From Alphaproteobacteria bacterium (GTDB lineage Bacteria; Pseudomonadota; Alphaproteobacteria; RF32; CAG-239), in assembly GCA_017501665.1 (NCBI GenBank), contig JAFVWM010000043.1:24541-88540 (forward strand): a stretch of 64,000 nt of DNA. The letters run 5' to 3'. This document shows, one piece after another, positions 1 through 10,586 of this stretch. Every line of letters starts with the position of its first letter. The stretch's first letter is position 1. A program made the position numbers and the translations under genes. The notes under the pieces are model-generated. The model saw only the letters and a program-made list of their open reading frames with translations, had not been told where the DNA came from and searched no databases.

Positions 1-74
1 TAATCAAAACTAAGATAAATTTTTTCATACTATCAACCATAATTTAATAAATACAACCTATAATAAATATTATC

Positions 75-737
75 ATGAAAAAGCTTTTTTTTATATTAAC
101 ATTATTACTTTTTTTTACATCATCTGCACTTTGTAATGATGATTGTTCAAATTTACAAACATATCCAAATATAAAAGTTATTTCATCTTATGGAAAACTT
201 ATATATGACCACAACAAGTCAAAAGAAGAGCTTACCTATTTGGCTGAACAACAAAATTACTTAGAAAAAGGACTTTTTGCAAACGGTTTATCAACCGCAA
301 ATTTAAATTTTGATATAACTCTAAAAACTAAAACAATTAGTTTAAGTGATGGTGTTTATTGTGTTGTTCCTGATGAAATAATGTTATTTTTAGGTTTTGA
401 TGCGCCTATAATCTATATATCAAAAGAATTAAAAGAAAATTCATGCGAATATAACATCGTATTAAGACATGAAAAAACACATCAACAAATAAATAAAAAA
501 ACTCTTGAATACTATTTACCTTTATTCAAAAGTGCATCAACGAGTATTATAAAAAATATAAAACCATCTTTCATAAAAAATACAGAAGATTTAAACAATA
601 TTACTAATTACTATATACAAAGATACAACCAAAAACTAAATCCTTTGGTTGATTTCATAAAAAACGAAATATTAAAACAACAACAAAAATTAGATAATAT
701 TGATAATTACAAATATGAAAATTCTTTATGTAATTAA
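75..737 (+). CDS. Secreted hypothetical protein. It has an N-terminal signal peptide and an HExxH motif (VLRHEKTHQQ), so it may be a DUF922-like zinc peptidase.
   Basis: Hydrophobic N-terminus MKKLFFILTLLLFFTSSALC. HEKTH motif. No other recognisable family. Confidence 0.45.
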   Translation: MKKLFFILTLLLFFTSSALCNDDCSNLQTYPNIKVISSYGKLIYDHNKSKEELTYLAEQQNYLEKGLFANGLSTANLNFDITLKTKTISLSDGVYCVVPDEIMLFLGFDAPIIYISKELKENSCEYNIVLRHEKTHQQINKKTLEYYLPLFKSASTSIIKNIKPSFIKNTEDLNNITNYYIQRYNQKLNPLVDFIKNEILKQQQKLDNIDNYKYENSLCN

Positions 738-1393
738 CCTATTACATTATCTAAAAAGCTTTCAATTCCTTTATAAGCATAATCAATATAAGTTTTATCT
801 TTAGCTGAATTATTTTTATAATAAATTCTTACGGTTGTCATACCTGTTTCTTTTGCAAATTCCAAATTTGAATAACTATCATCAACAAAAACACAATCTT
901 TGGGATCTACATTTATTTTTTTACAATATTCATAATAAACATCTGTGCTTTCATTTTTCTTAAAAACACCAAAATCTTCAACAGAATAGTATCTATCCTT
1001 AAAAAATTCATATAAACCGAGATGTTTTAATATTTTTTCAGAAGCATATCTATCACTTGCGGTAAAAATATATTGTTCAGCATCTACTTTTTTTATTTTT
1101 TCCAATAAATTATTATAAGGAACTATTTTTTCTACCGGTTTTCTTTTATGATATGCAATAAATAAATCTTGTGGTTTTATACCATAATCTCTATAAAAAA
1201 TTTCACCACCATCGCGATATATTTTATAAGACAAAGTAACTAAATCTTTAGCTTCATTAATATCCATTTTTAAACCAAGATCATAAACCAAAGCTTCAGC
1301 CATTGTAGTATCTAATATTTCGGCAAATTCACTTGTTTTATTATATAAAGTATCATCTAAATCATATATAACTACATTTTTGCCTAAAACCAC
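734..1393 (-). CDS. HAD-superfamily hydrolase (pyrimidine 5'-nucleotidase-like)
   Basis: HAD motif I near the N-terminus (IYDLDDTLY). DD motif IV (VFVDDS). Confidence 0.7.
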   Translation of the reverse strand: MVLGKNVVIYDLDDTLYNKTSEFAEILDTTMAEALVYDLGLKMDINEAKDLVTLSYKIYRDGGEIFYRDYGIKPQDLFIAYHKRKPVEKIVPYNNLLEKIKKVDAEQYIFTASDRYASEKILKHLGLYEFFKDRYYSVEDFGVFKKNESTDVYYEYCKKINVDPKDCVFVDDSYSNLEFAKETGMTTVRIYYKNNSAKDKTYIDYAYKGIESFLDNVIG

Positions 1394-1464
1394 GATATAA
1401 ACTCCTATAAAAAAGTATTAAAATACTGAAATCTAACAAATAAAAATAAAAAAATCAATAAAAA

Positions 1465-2151
1465 TCAAAGTTTCCAAATTGGATTTTTAATTTTATTATC
1501 CAAAAATAAATTATGTAATTCATCAAAATTTTCTTCTATATCAAAAACTCTGGGTTCCCTATATTTTTTATCACTGAGATTTTCTATAATATTTGTTATT
1601 TTTGTTTCTTTTTTCTTATCAAGCAAAAGACTTGGTTCTTTTCCTCCTAATAATTCCAAATAAACCTCAGCCAATAATTCGGCATCAAGTAAAGCTCCGT
1701 GATATGTTCTGGCACTGTTATCTATTTCAAATCTTTTACACAAAGCATCCAAACTACATCTTGCACCGGGAAACATTGAACGTGCAATTTCTAGTGTATC
1801 TATACAATTATCCCAACTCATTTGCTTTTTAGAAAGTTGTTTTAATTCATAATTTAAAAAATTCATATCAAACGTTGCATTATGAGCAACTAATTTAGCA
1901 TCACCTATAAATTCAAGCCATTCATCAGCAACCTTATCAAAAGTAGGATAATCTTTCAAAAAATCATAAGTAAGTCCGTGTACTTTTACAGCATCTTCAG
2001 GCACTTCTCTTTCAGGATTTATATACTGATGATATATTTTTCCGGTTGGAATATGATTTATTAGTTCAACCGCACCTATTTCAATCAGTCTGTCACCTTT
2101 ATCATAATTAAAACCTGTTGTTTCCGTATCAAATACAATTTCTCTAACCAT
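1465..2151 (-). CDS. dnaQ: DNA polymerase III epsilon subunit (3'-5' exonuclease)
   Basis: Exo I motif FDTETTG. Exo III H..D motifs. Classic coaE-dnaQ neighbourhood. Confidence 0.85.
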   Translation of the reverse strand: MVREIVFDTETTGFNYDKGDRLIEIGAVELINHIPTGKIYHQYINPEREVPEDAVKVHGLTYDFLKDYPTFDKVADEWLEFIGDAKLVAHNATFDMNFLNYELKQLSKKQMSWDNCIDTLEIARSMFPGARCSLDALCKRFEIDNSARTYHGALLDAELLAEVYLELLGGKEPSLLLDKKKETKITNIIENLSDKKYREPRVFDIEENFDELHNLFLDNKIKNPIWKL

Positions 2152-2747
2152 TACAAAATCCCGATATTTTCAATTAATTTAATTAATTCTGCTTTTAATA
2201 AATTTTTTTTCTTATTTGTATCAATTACAATATCACATAAAAATTTTTTATCACTGTTTTTTATTTGAATATCGTTTATCTTATCAAAATCTTCTGCCGA
2301 TATATTATCTCTTTTCATAACTCGTTGTTTTTGAGTTTCATAATCAACATCAGCTAATATTATAACATCACAATACTTAGACCATCCTTTTTCAAACAAT
2401 AAAGCAGCATCTAAAAAACAAATATAATTTTTTCTAGCATACTTACTTATTGTATATCTTATTTTCCTATTTAAAAAAGGATATATCAAATTTTCAAGTT
2501 GTTTTAATTTATTATTATCCGAAAAAACAATATTTCTCAAATATCTTTTATCAGCGACACCATTAATAACACTATTTGGAAATAATTTACCTAATTTACT
2601 TAAAAAGATTTTGTTATAATAAATACTTCTAACCCAACTGTCTATATCAAAAACACAATAACCTAAATCGTTAATAATATTTGCAAGAGTTGTTTTTCCG
2701 CATCCTATAGAACCTGTTATTCCTACCAGTTTCATTTTAAATCTCAC
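2151..2747 (-). CDS. coaE: Dephospho-CoA kinase
   Basis: P-loop GITGSIGCGKTT at the N-terminus. About 200 aa. Stop/start junction with dnaQ. Confidence 0.85.
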   Translation of the reverse strand: MRFKMKLVGITGSIGCGKTTLANIINDLGYCVFDIDSWVRSIYYNKIFLSKLGKLFPNSVINGVADKRYLRNIVFSDNNKLKQLENLIYPFLNRKIRYTISKYARKNYICFLDAALLFEKGWSKYCDVIILADVDYETQKQRVMKRDNISAEDFDKINDIQIKNSDKKFLCDIVIDTNKKKNLLKAELIKLIENIGIL

Positions 2748-3201
2748 ATAATCAAAAAGTTAAATATCTTATCCACAAAAACACCAAAATCTGTGTATAA
2801 AAACTGATTTCAAAACATATTCAAAAATATATTACCAATATACAAAATAAAAGTTACAAAGTTATAAACATTCTAATTTTATATAAACAAACTGTTGATA
2901 AATTTTTTTTCAAAAATCATTGATAAAACACTTTAAATGAATATATCTGAAGAGATTCAAAATATTAAGAAAATATTAAATCTCGGATTCTATCAACTTT
3001 ATCAACAGATAAATAGTTGTGCAAAACTTTGTTACAAAAAAATAATCCACAAATCTAACAACGATATACTAATAACAACTATTTTTTTAAATATATATTT
3101 GGTCATTCGGTGTGTGAATAAAAATAATTGACTTTTATTTATAAAACCAATATATAAATTCATGTAATTTATTCTATATTATATTTCCCAAAAAGGTAAA
3201 C

Positions 3202-4455
3202 ATGAATTTAAAAGATTTAAAACAAAAATCTCCTACTGAGCTTTTAAATAAAGCTGAGGAGTTAAATATTGAAGACGCTTCATCTATGCGTAAACAAGAT
3301 CTTATGTTTGCAATATTAAAAAAGACTGTTGGCGAAGATGAAGCTATTACCGGCGAAGGAACTATTGAAGTCATGCAAGACGGTTTCGGTTTTTTGCGTT
3401 CGTCAGAATCAAATTATCTTGCAGGACCTGATGATATATATGTATCTCCGGCTCAAGTGAAAAGATATGGATTAAGAACAGGTGATACTGTTGAAGGAGA
3501 AATAAGAGCACCTAAGGAAAATGAAAAATATTTTGCTTTAGTCAGTGTAAATAAAATAAATTTTGATGATCCTGAAAAATCAAAATTAAGAGTAAATTTT
3601 GACAACCTTACACCTTTATACCCTACCGAAAAATTAAATTTTGATATTATATGTGGCGAAAAAGATTATACCACAAGGGTTATTGATTTAATTTCACCTC
3701 AAGGAAAAGGACAACGAGGTCTTATTGTAGCTCCTCCTCGTACAGGTAAAACGGTTATGTTACAAAATATTGCTCATGCCATAGCTACAAACCATCCTGA
3801 ATGTTATTTAATGGTATTACTTATTGATGAAAGACCTGAAGAAGTAACCGATATGACACGCTCAGTAAAAGGCGAAGTTATTTCATCTACCTTTGATGAA
3901 CCGGCAACCAGACATGTTCAAGTTGCCGAAATGGTTATAGAAAAAGCAAAAAGACTTGTCGAACATAAAAAAGATGTTGTTATTTTGCTTGATTCTATTA
4001 CTCGTTTAGGTCGTGCTTATAATACAGTTATTCCATCATCAGGTAAGGTATTAACAGGCGGTGTCGATGCAAATGCTCTGCAACGCCCGAAAAGACTTCT
4101 CGGAGCAGCTCGCAACATTGAAGAAGGTGGTTCTTTGACAATTATAGCCACAGCATTGATTGATACCGGATCACGTATGGATGAAGTTATTTTTGAAGAA
4201 TTTAAAGGAACCGGTAACTCAGAAATTATATTAGATAGAAAATTGACAGATAAAAGATTATTTCCGACTATTGATATTACTCGTTCAGGCACTCGTAAAG
4301 AAGAACTTTTGGTTGATAAAGATATATTGACTAAAATGTGGGTATTACGTCGTGTATTGATGCAAATGGGTATAACAGATGGTATGGAATTTTTACTTGA
4401 TAAATTAAAAGTAAGTAAAGATAATAATGATTTTTTTGCTAATATGAATTCTTAA
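3202..4455 (+). CDS. rho: Transcription termination factor Rho
   Basis: N-terminal RNA-binding domain. Walker [13 protein letters not shown]. RecA-like ATPase motifs. 417 aa. Confidence 0.95.
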   Translation: MNLKDLKQKSPTELLNKAEELNIEDASSMRKQDLMFAILKKTVGEDEAITGEGTIEVMQDGFGFLRSSESNYLAGPDDIYVSPAQVKRYGLRTGDTVEGEIRAPKENEKYFALVSVNKINFDDPEKSKLRVNFDNLTPLYPTEKLNFDIICGEKDYTTRVIDLISPQGKGQRGLIVAPPRTGKTVMLQNIAHAIATNHPECYLMVLLIDERPEEVTDMTRSVKGEVISSTFDEPATRHVQVAEMVIEKAKRLVEHKKDVVILLDSITRLGRAYNTVIPSSGKVLTGGVDANALQRPKRLLGAARNIEEGGSLTIIATALIDTGSRMDEVIFEEFKGTGNSEIILDRKLTDKRLFPTIDITRSGTRKEELLVDKDILTKMWVLRRVLMQMGITDGMEFLLDKLKVSKDNNDFFANMNS

Positions 4456-4462
4456 AAATATT

Positions 4463-4491
4463 AAAACCCCGCAAAAAAAAGCGGGGTTTTA
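4463..4491. terminator. Rho-independent terminator, bidirectional. It lies between rho (+) and the convergent 402-aa ORF (-).
   Basis: aaaaccccgc-aaaaaaaa-gcggggtttt hairpin followed by a U-run. Confidence 0.8.
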
Positions 4492-4509
4492 TATATAAAA
4501 ATATTTTTT

Positions 4510-5718
4510 TTATTTGTTATTGCGTATTTTTTCCTCATCAATAAGAATTCTTGCATGGGGTTCATTATCTATTTTAATAGAATTCCAATTTTTCCAACCA
4601 GCTTGTTTCGCAACAAAATCAAGCATTTTAGAATGTTGTTCACCTGTTTCTCTTTTTAATTTTCTGGCTTTTTGTTTCAACATTTCTATATAAATAGTTG
4701 ATGCACTTTTTTGGAATTCGGGTAATTTGTTATATATTTGTTTTATACATAAATCAGAAACACTCATAAAATATAATTCTTTATCTGGAAAAATATTTTT
4801 TAATTCTTTTATAATTTCACCATTATTACTTGAAACAACCAGACCGTCAGAAAAAACAGCATATTTTGCAATATCAGGATTCATTTCATTTCTTTTGTAA
4901 TCAGGATTTGTAACGGTTATACAATGACGATTTTTAAAAAAACTATTAACTTCTTTATTTATATTTTCTATTTTATCTATATCTTCTAATGGTAAAAACC
5001 ATTCAAATTCTTCTGCCTTTTTATAAATTGAATTTATCAAATCTTGTGAAATATATTCAATATTACATAAAATATATTCTTGTGAATATTTAGAAAGTAT
5101 ATTCTTTATTTTTTTACTTTTTTCTTTATTTTTTTCTACTTTGTAATCATTTGAAACAAGGACTTTTCCATTATCAAAAAAAGCCACATATTCACGCAAT
5201 TCTGCAGGTAAAGCATCATTTTTAGAAGCTGTCAATAATATACTGTTATTTGCAAAACATTCTTCAATAAAGCTATCTAAAGAAGGTAATTCTTCTACAT
5301 ACAAATCAGTTTTATAAGAATAATTTATAAGAGCCTGCTCAGATATAAAACGCAACATTTCACTATAAGTAAAATAGTCCATTTGTGTTTGTGGGGCATA
5401 TTCATTTATAACAGTTAAATTATTAGCCCTAAGCAACTGATATATTTTTTGTAATTTCTTATAATCTTTTTTTGCATCACAACGATGTATTAAGGTACCA
5501 TCAGAAAAAAAGTGAAAATCAGGATTATATTTACTTATAGGTAATTTTGCTGTTTTTGATCGAACGCGAATATTTTTTGATTTAAATTCTTTTTCTAATT
5601 CTTTTACATGTAAAAAAGCAGACATAGATTCCAAAGGATTATATGTCAAACAAACGCTGTTTTTAAACAAACGCAAAATAGTTTCATGATTGAGGGAAGT
5701 TTTGATAGTATCAGTCAT
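4510..5718 (-). CDS. Hypothetical 402-aa protein with an internal duplicated motif (FFSDGTLIH and VFSDGLVVS). No family recognised.
   Basis: Strong RBS aaggag 9 nt upstream of the ATG. Long ORF in an AT-rich genome. No recognisable catalytic motifs. Confidence 0.6.
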   Translation of the reverse strand: MTDTIKTSLNHETILRLFKNSVCLTYNPLESMSAFLHVKELEKEFKSKNIRVRSKTAKLPISKYNPDFHFFSDGTLIHRCDAKKDYKKLQKIYQLLRANNLTVINEYAPQTQMDYFTYSEMLRFISEQALINYSYKTDLYVEELPSLDSFIEECFANNSILLTASKNDALPAELREYVAFFDNGKVLVSNDYKVEKNKEKSKKIKNILSKYSQEYILCNIEYISQDLINSIYKKAEEFEWFLPLEDIDKIENINKEVNSFFKNRHCITVTNPDYKRNEMNPDIAKYAVFSDGLVVSSNNGEIIKELKNIFPDKELYFMSVSDLCIKQIYNKLPEFQKSASTIYIEMLKQKARKLKRETGEQHSKMLDFVAKQAGWKNWNSIKIDNEPHARILIDEEKIRNNK

Positions 5719-5925
5719 AGTGTTAACTCCTTAGCGGGAATAATATTTGATGCCTGCCAGTCAAAAATCCCTTTTGCAAAGAGTTTAAACTATGTATAAA
5801 AATGGTTATTCCATCCGGATTCGCCTTAGGGCAGGCAACAAGCACTAACCAATGCTCTAAGAGACAATATACCATTTTTATAAAAGATAGTCAATAAAAA
5901 AAATAAATAATGAAAAAACAAAATA

Positions 5926-6582
5926 TTAAATAATGTTTAGTATAAAATTTTCAACATCTCGCATATCTTCAAAAATATTTTTGATACCAAGTTTTTTTAT
6001 GTCTTCCAAGAAGTATTTTTTACTATATTTAACAAAGGCAACAGGTATCATACCTGCTCTTTGTGCAGCTGTCAAACCGGCAACAGAATCTTCAATAACT
6101 ATGCAATCTTCAGGTTTGAATCCCATTTTTTTTGCAGCCAATAAAAATATGTCAGGTTCAGGTTTTCCTTTTATTACCATATCAGAGGTAAAAACAGATT
6201 CATATGGAAAATATTTTTCAATATTTACTATTTTCATTTTATTTTTTGTTTTTTCCAAAATTCCGCCTGTTGCAATATATTGCTTTATTTTTTTATTACT
6301 AAAGATATTTTCAATATATTCTGTCAAAGCAAAACCGTTTTTTGCTTTATCTTTATCTCTTAATAAAGCATCTTTCCAAAAATTATTATTAACATTTATA
6401 CCTAATTTTTTCAAAACAATATCTTTATCTTTATCACTCATACCGCCGATAAGGCTCATTGCTTTCTCAAAAGTAAAATCAATCCCTAAATATTCTTTTA
6501 ATAATTCAACTCGTGATTGTACCCATAATTTTTCTGTATCGGCAATAACGCCATCAAAATCCCATATCACTAATTTTTGCAT
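5926..6582 (-). CDS. HAD-superfamily phosphatase (beta-phosphoglucomutase/phosphoglycolate phosphatase-like)
   Basis: Motif I WDFDGVIADTE. Motif IV IVIEDSVAG. Confidence 0.75.
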   Translation of the reverse strand: MQKLVIWDFDGVIADTEKLWVQSRVELLKEYLGIDFTFEKAMSLIGGMSDKDKDIVLKKLGINVNNNFWKDALLRDKDKAKNGFALTEYIENIFSNKKIKQYIATGGILEKTKNKMKIVNIEKYFPYESVFTSDMVIKGKPEPDIFLLAAKKMGFKPEDCIVIEDSVAGLTAAQRAGMIPVAFVKYSKKYFLEDIKKLGIKNIFEDMRDVENFILNII

Positions 6583-6759
6583 AAAAACTCCTTAAAAAAA
6601 ACGAGCTCGTATAAAGCTCACAGAAAGATTTTTTAACGATTCTATGATAGAATTATTAAAAAACAATAAAAACACGCTGTAGAGTCAAAAAACACCCTTT
6701 TTTATGCTTGCAACATTTTTTGAATAATTTTATAACTCTATGCAAAGAGGAAATAAAAA

Positions 6760-8091
6760 ATGACTAAACAAACAATTTATGCCTTATCTACGGTTTATGG
6801 AAAATCCGGTGTTGCTGTTATTAGAGTATCCGGAACATCATCACTAAAAGTCATAGAACAGATGACAGATATAAATATTAATGAAATAAAACCTCGTTAT
6901 ACATATTTTACTAATATCTATGATAATAATAAAAATATACTCGATAAATCTCTTGTAATATATTTTAAGGCACCTCATTCTTTTACCGGAGAAGATATAG
7001 TCGAATTTCATATCCATGGTTCAAAAGCTGTTATATCATCTGTTTTGGACAGTTTTTCTAAAATAGATGAGTTAAGACTTGCTGAGGCCGGAGAATTTTC
7101 AAAACGTGCATTTTATAATAATAAAATGGATTTAACCGAAGCTGAAGGACTGGCAGATTTAATAGATGCCGAAACATCAGAACAACAAAAATATGCTCTT
7201 CGCCAAATGGAAGGTAATTTAAGAGGTTTATATGATGGATGGAGAGAAGAGTTACTCAAAATATTAGCTCATTTGGAAGCTTATATAGATTTTCCGGATG
7301 AAGAACTACCTTCTGATATTATTGATAATATTCAAAACACTGTATTTAAAATAAAAGAAAGTATTTCAAAACATCTTTCCGATGGAAATATTGGTGAGCG
7401 TTTGCGTGATGGTTTCAGAGTTGTAATATTAGGCGAACCCAATGCCGGTAAATCATCATTACTAAATGCTATAGCTAAAAGAGAAGCCGTTATTGTTTCA
7501 GATGTTGCCGGTACCACCCGAGATGCGATAGACATTCACCTTGATATAAATGGATATCCGGTTGTTTTTACCGATACGGCCGGTTTAAGAAATACAGATG
7601 AAAAAATAGAACAGAAAGGTATAGAAATAGCGTATAAAAAAGCTCAAGATGCAGATGTCGTTATATGTTTATTTGATGGTTTAAAAAATATACCGCAAGA
7701 ATTTGAAAATATTGTAAAAAATCAAAAAATATATGTTGCTAATAAAGTTGATAAACTTAGTGATGAACAAAAAATTGATATTTTAAATAAAGGTTGTTTA
7801 CTTATATCTGCAAAACATAACCAAGGTGTAGATGCCCTACTTCAAAATATAAGTTCTAAAATCAAAGAAAAATTTACGTCTTCTTCCGGTGTTTTAATAA
7901 CCCGTCAAAGATACAGAGAAGCTTTGTATAATACAATAAACTATCTCTCAGAATTTGGTTTTAACAAAGAAATAGAATTATCTGCCGAGGATATAAGACT
8001 TGCTTGTCGCGAAATAGGAAAGATAACCGGCAGAATAGAAGTTGATGAAATATTGGATAAAATATTCGGATCATTTTGTATAGGTAAATAA
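6760..8091 (+). CDS. mnmE: tRNA modification GTPase MnmE (TrmE)
   Basis: G-domain GEPNAGKSSLLN, DTAG. C-terminal CIGK. Followed by mnmG. Confidence 0.93.
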   Translation: MTKQTIYALSTVYGKSGVAVIRVSGTSSLKVIEQMTDININEIKPRYTYFTNIYDNNKNILDKSLVIYFKAPHSFTGEDIVEFHIHGSKAVISSVLDSFSKIDELRLAEAGEFSKRAFYNNKMDLTEAEGLADLIDAETSEQQKYALRQMEGNLRGLYDGWREELLKILAHLEAYIDFPDEELPSDIIDNIQNTVFKIKESISKHLSDGNIGERLRDGFRVVILGEPNAGKSSLLNAIAKREAVIVSDVAGTTRDAIDIHLDINGYPVVFTDTAGLRNTDEKIEQKGIEIAYKKAQDADVVICLFDGLKNIPQEFENIVKNQKIYVANKVDKLSDEQKIDILNKGCLLISAKHNQGVDALLQNISSKIKEKFTSSSGVLITRQRYREALYNTINYLSEFGFNKEIELSAEDIRLACREIGKITGRIEVDEILDKIFGSFCIGK

Positions 8092-8092
8092 T

Positions 8093-9940
8093 ATGGAAAA
8101 TATTTACGATGTAATAGTAGTTGGTGGCGGACACGCCGGTTGCGAAGCAGCCGCTTCTTCAGCTCGTATGGGTGTAAAAACAGCTCTTATTACCCACAAA
8201 ATATCAACTATTGGCGAAATGTCTTGTAATCCTGCCATAGGAGGTCTTGGAAAAGGTCATTTGGTAAGAGAAATAGATGCTCTTGACGGACTTATGGGAA
8301 AAGTTATTGATAAAGCCGGTATTCAATTTCGTATGCTTAATGCATCTAAAGGTCCGGCTGTTCGAGGTCCTCGTGCTCAAGCAGATAGAAAACTTTATAA
8401 AAAATATATGCTTGAAGAACTACAAAAACAAGAAAACTTAGATATTATAGAAGCATCTGTAGAAGGTTTATTATTTACTGATGATAAAATAAGCGGTGTA
8501 ATATTAGCAGATGAAACATCTATTTTATCAAAAACAGTGATTCTGACTTCCGGAACTTTTTTAAACGGTGTAATGTTTACCGGACACAAAACTACCATAG
8601 GTGGTCGGGTAAACGACGTTACATGCACAGGAATAACACCGTATTTAAAGCAAAAAGGATTAAATGTAGGAAGATTAAAAACAGGAACTCCGGCACGACT
8701 AAACGGTAAAACCATAAATTGGGATATTCTTGATAAACAACAAGGTGACAGTGACTTAAAACCTTTTTCCTTTTTAACCAAAGAAATAACCACTCCGCAA
8801 ATAAGTTGTTATATAACTCACACTAACGAAAAAACACATAAAATAATCAGAGATAATTTCGATAAATGTGCCCTATTCTCAGGTCTTATCACCGGTGTAG
8901 GTCCAAGATATTGTCCCAGTATAGAAGATAAATTAGTAAAATTCGCCGATAGAACATCTCATCAAATTTTTTTAGAGCCGGAAGGTTTAGATACCGATGT
9001 TATCTATCCTAACGGAATTTCAACATCATTACCTGCTGATGTACAAGAGGCATTTATTCATACTATGAAGGGCTTGGAGAACGTTGAAATATTACAACCG
9101 GCATATGCTATTGAATATGATTATGTTGACCCAAAGGAACTAAACAATAAACTTGAATGTAAAAAAATACCTAATTTATTTTTGGCCGGACAGATTAATG
9201 GTACAACAGGTTATGAAGAAGCCGGAGCTCAAGGTTTGGTTGCCGGTATAAATGCAGCTTTAAAATCACAAAACAGCGAAAAAGAATTTGTTGTTGATCG
9301 TTCTGAAGCATATATAGGTGTTATGATAGATGATTTAATAACTAAAGGTGTTGACGAACCGTATCGAATGTTTACATCTCGTTCTGAATATCGTTTATTT
9401 TTGCGTTCGGATAATGCAGATATGCGCCTTACGGAAAAAGGTTATGAAATAGGTTGTGTAAGTGGTTTAAGATACGCTGTATTTAAAGATAAAAAACAAC
9501 AAGTTGATAATTTTAGACAACAGAGCAACAATCTTTTTATTTTACCGGCAGAACTTGAACAATATGGAATAAATATAAAAAAAGACGGTATAAAACGTTC
9601 CTGTTTTAATGTTATGTCTTATAATGATGTTTCACATGAAACAATATTGAAAATATGGCCTGAGTTATCTGAAATACCATATGAAGTATATGAGCAAATA
9701 GAAATCGAAGCTAAATATTCCGGTTATATAAAAAGACAACTTGCAGATATAGAAATATTCAAAAAAGATGAGAATCTTAAAATAAGAGAAGATATAGATT
9801 ATAATTTAATCGGAGGTCTATCTAGGGAAATGACAACAAAACTTTCTTCTGTTCGTCCTTCTACCATTGGTGAAGCTTCTCGTATACCAGGAGTTACTCC
9901 TGCAGCTATAACCGCTCTTTTAGGATATATAAAAAAATGA
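8093..9940 (+). CDS. mnmG: tRNA uridine 5-carboxymethylaminomethyl modification enzyme MnmG (GidA)
   Basis: FAD-binding VIVVGGGHAGCEAA. 615 aa. Conserved GidA C-terminus. Confidence 0.95.
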   Translation: MENIYDVIVVGGGHAGCEAAASSARMGVKTALITHKISTIGEMSCNPAIGGLGKGHLVREIDALDGLMGKVIDKAGIQFRMLNASKGPAVRGPRAQADRKLYKKYMLEELQKQENLDIIEASVEGLLFTDDKISGVILADETSILSKTVILTSGTFLNGVMFTGHKTTIGGRVNDVTCTGITPYLKQKGLNVGRLKTGTPARLNGKTINWDILDKQQGDSDLKPFSFLTKEITTPQISCYITHTNEKTHKIIRDNFDKCALFSGLITGVGPRYCPSIEDKLVKFADRTSHQIFLEPEGLDTDVIYPNGISTSLPADVQEAFIHTMKGLENVEILQPAYAIEYDYVDPKELNNKLECKKIPNLFLAGQINGTTGYEEAGAQGLVAGINAALKSQNSEKEFVVDRSEAYIGVMIDDLITKGVDEPYRMFTSRSEYRLFLRSDNADMRLTEKGYEIGCVSGLRYAVFKDKKQQVDNFRQQSNNLFILPAELEQYGINIKKDGIKRSCFNVMSYNDVSHETILKIWPELSEIPYEVYEQIEIEAKYSGYIKRQLADIEIFKKDENLKIREDIDYNLIGGLSREMTTKLSSVRPSTIGEASRIPGVTPAAITALLGYIKK

Positions 9941-10554
9941 GTAATTACCCAAGTATCAGTCAGGCTATATTTTTATGGCAAGAAAGTTTATCGAGTATTA
10001 CAGAAACAGCACCGGAACAAAATCAAATTGAGTATATATATCACACAACCGGAGTGGCCGATTCAGCCTATAAAATAGCTCAAAAGTGTAACTTAAATCC
10101 TTATAAGGCTTATGTGTTAGGTTTATTACATGATTATGGTAAAATACAAAATGAAAAGGTTACGGGTAAAGCACATTTTATTGTCGGGTATAACAAGATG
10201 ATGGAAGTCGGCTTTTCTGATGTAGCAAAAATATGTTTGTCACACAGTTTTCCTATAAAAGATTTTCTTTTTAGTGATTATATTTCTTATAATATAGAAG
10301 ATCTTACTGCGGCAAAAACAATACTATCAACACAAGATTATGACGATTATGATCGTTTAATACAATTATGCGATATGTTTTTTGAGGGTATGTATAAAGT
10401 ATCATACGAAACAAGAATTGAAGGTATATGTAAAAGATACAATCTTAAAGAAGAACACGTCAGAAGTATTAAAAAAGGTGCTATAATCAATAAAGAATAT
10501 TTTGATAATCTTTGTGGCTGTAATATATACGATTTATTAAACATAAGATACTAA
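9937..10554 (+). CDS. HD-domain hydrolase of the YqeK family, a possible bis(5'-nucleosyl)-tetraphosphatase
   Basis: IYHTTGVADSAYKIA...LGLLHDYGK, which matches the H..GVA...A / LHDxxK motif pattern of YqeK HD hydrolases. The start overlaps the mnmG stop (ATGA). Confidence 0.65.
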   Translation: MSNYPSISQAIFLWQESLSSITETAPEQNQIEYIYHTTGVADSAYKIAQKCNLNPYKAYVLGLLHDYGKIQNEKVTGKAHFIVGYNKMMEVGFSDVAKICLSHSFPIKDFLFSDYISYNIEDLTAAKTILSTQDYDDYDRLIQLCDMFFEGMYKVSYETRIEGICKRYNLKEEHVRSIKKGAIINKEYFDNLCGCNIYDLLNIRY

Positions 10555-10586
10555 AATATCCTGAGTTTTAATAAAAAGGATATTAG

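Noticed and set aside
1593-1832. 79-aa ORF on the plus strand inside dnaQ
   Set aside because: It is antisense to a well-supported CDS. The peptide is low-complexity and AT-codon driven, and there is no RBS.
2937-3131. 64-aa ORF in the coaE-rho intergenic region
   Set aside because: It has no SD and an AT-rich low-complexity peptide. The region is more plausibly the rho leader or promoter.
5933-6595. 220-aa plus-strand ORF mirroring the HAD phosphatase gene
   Set aside because: It is an antisense shadow ORF. The low-complexity Phe/Ile/Ser-rich translation is typical of the reverse strand of AT-rich genes. The minus-strand HAD motifs are convincing.
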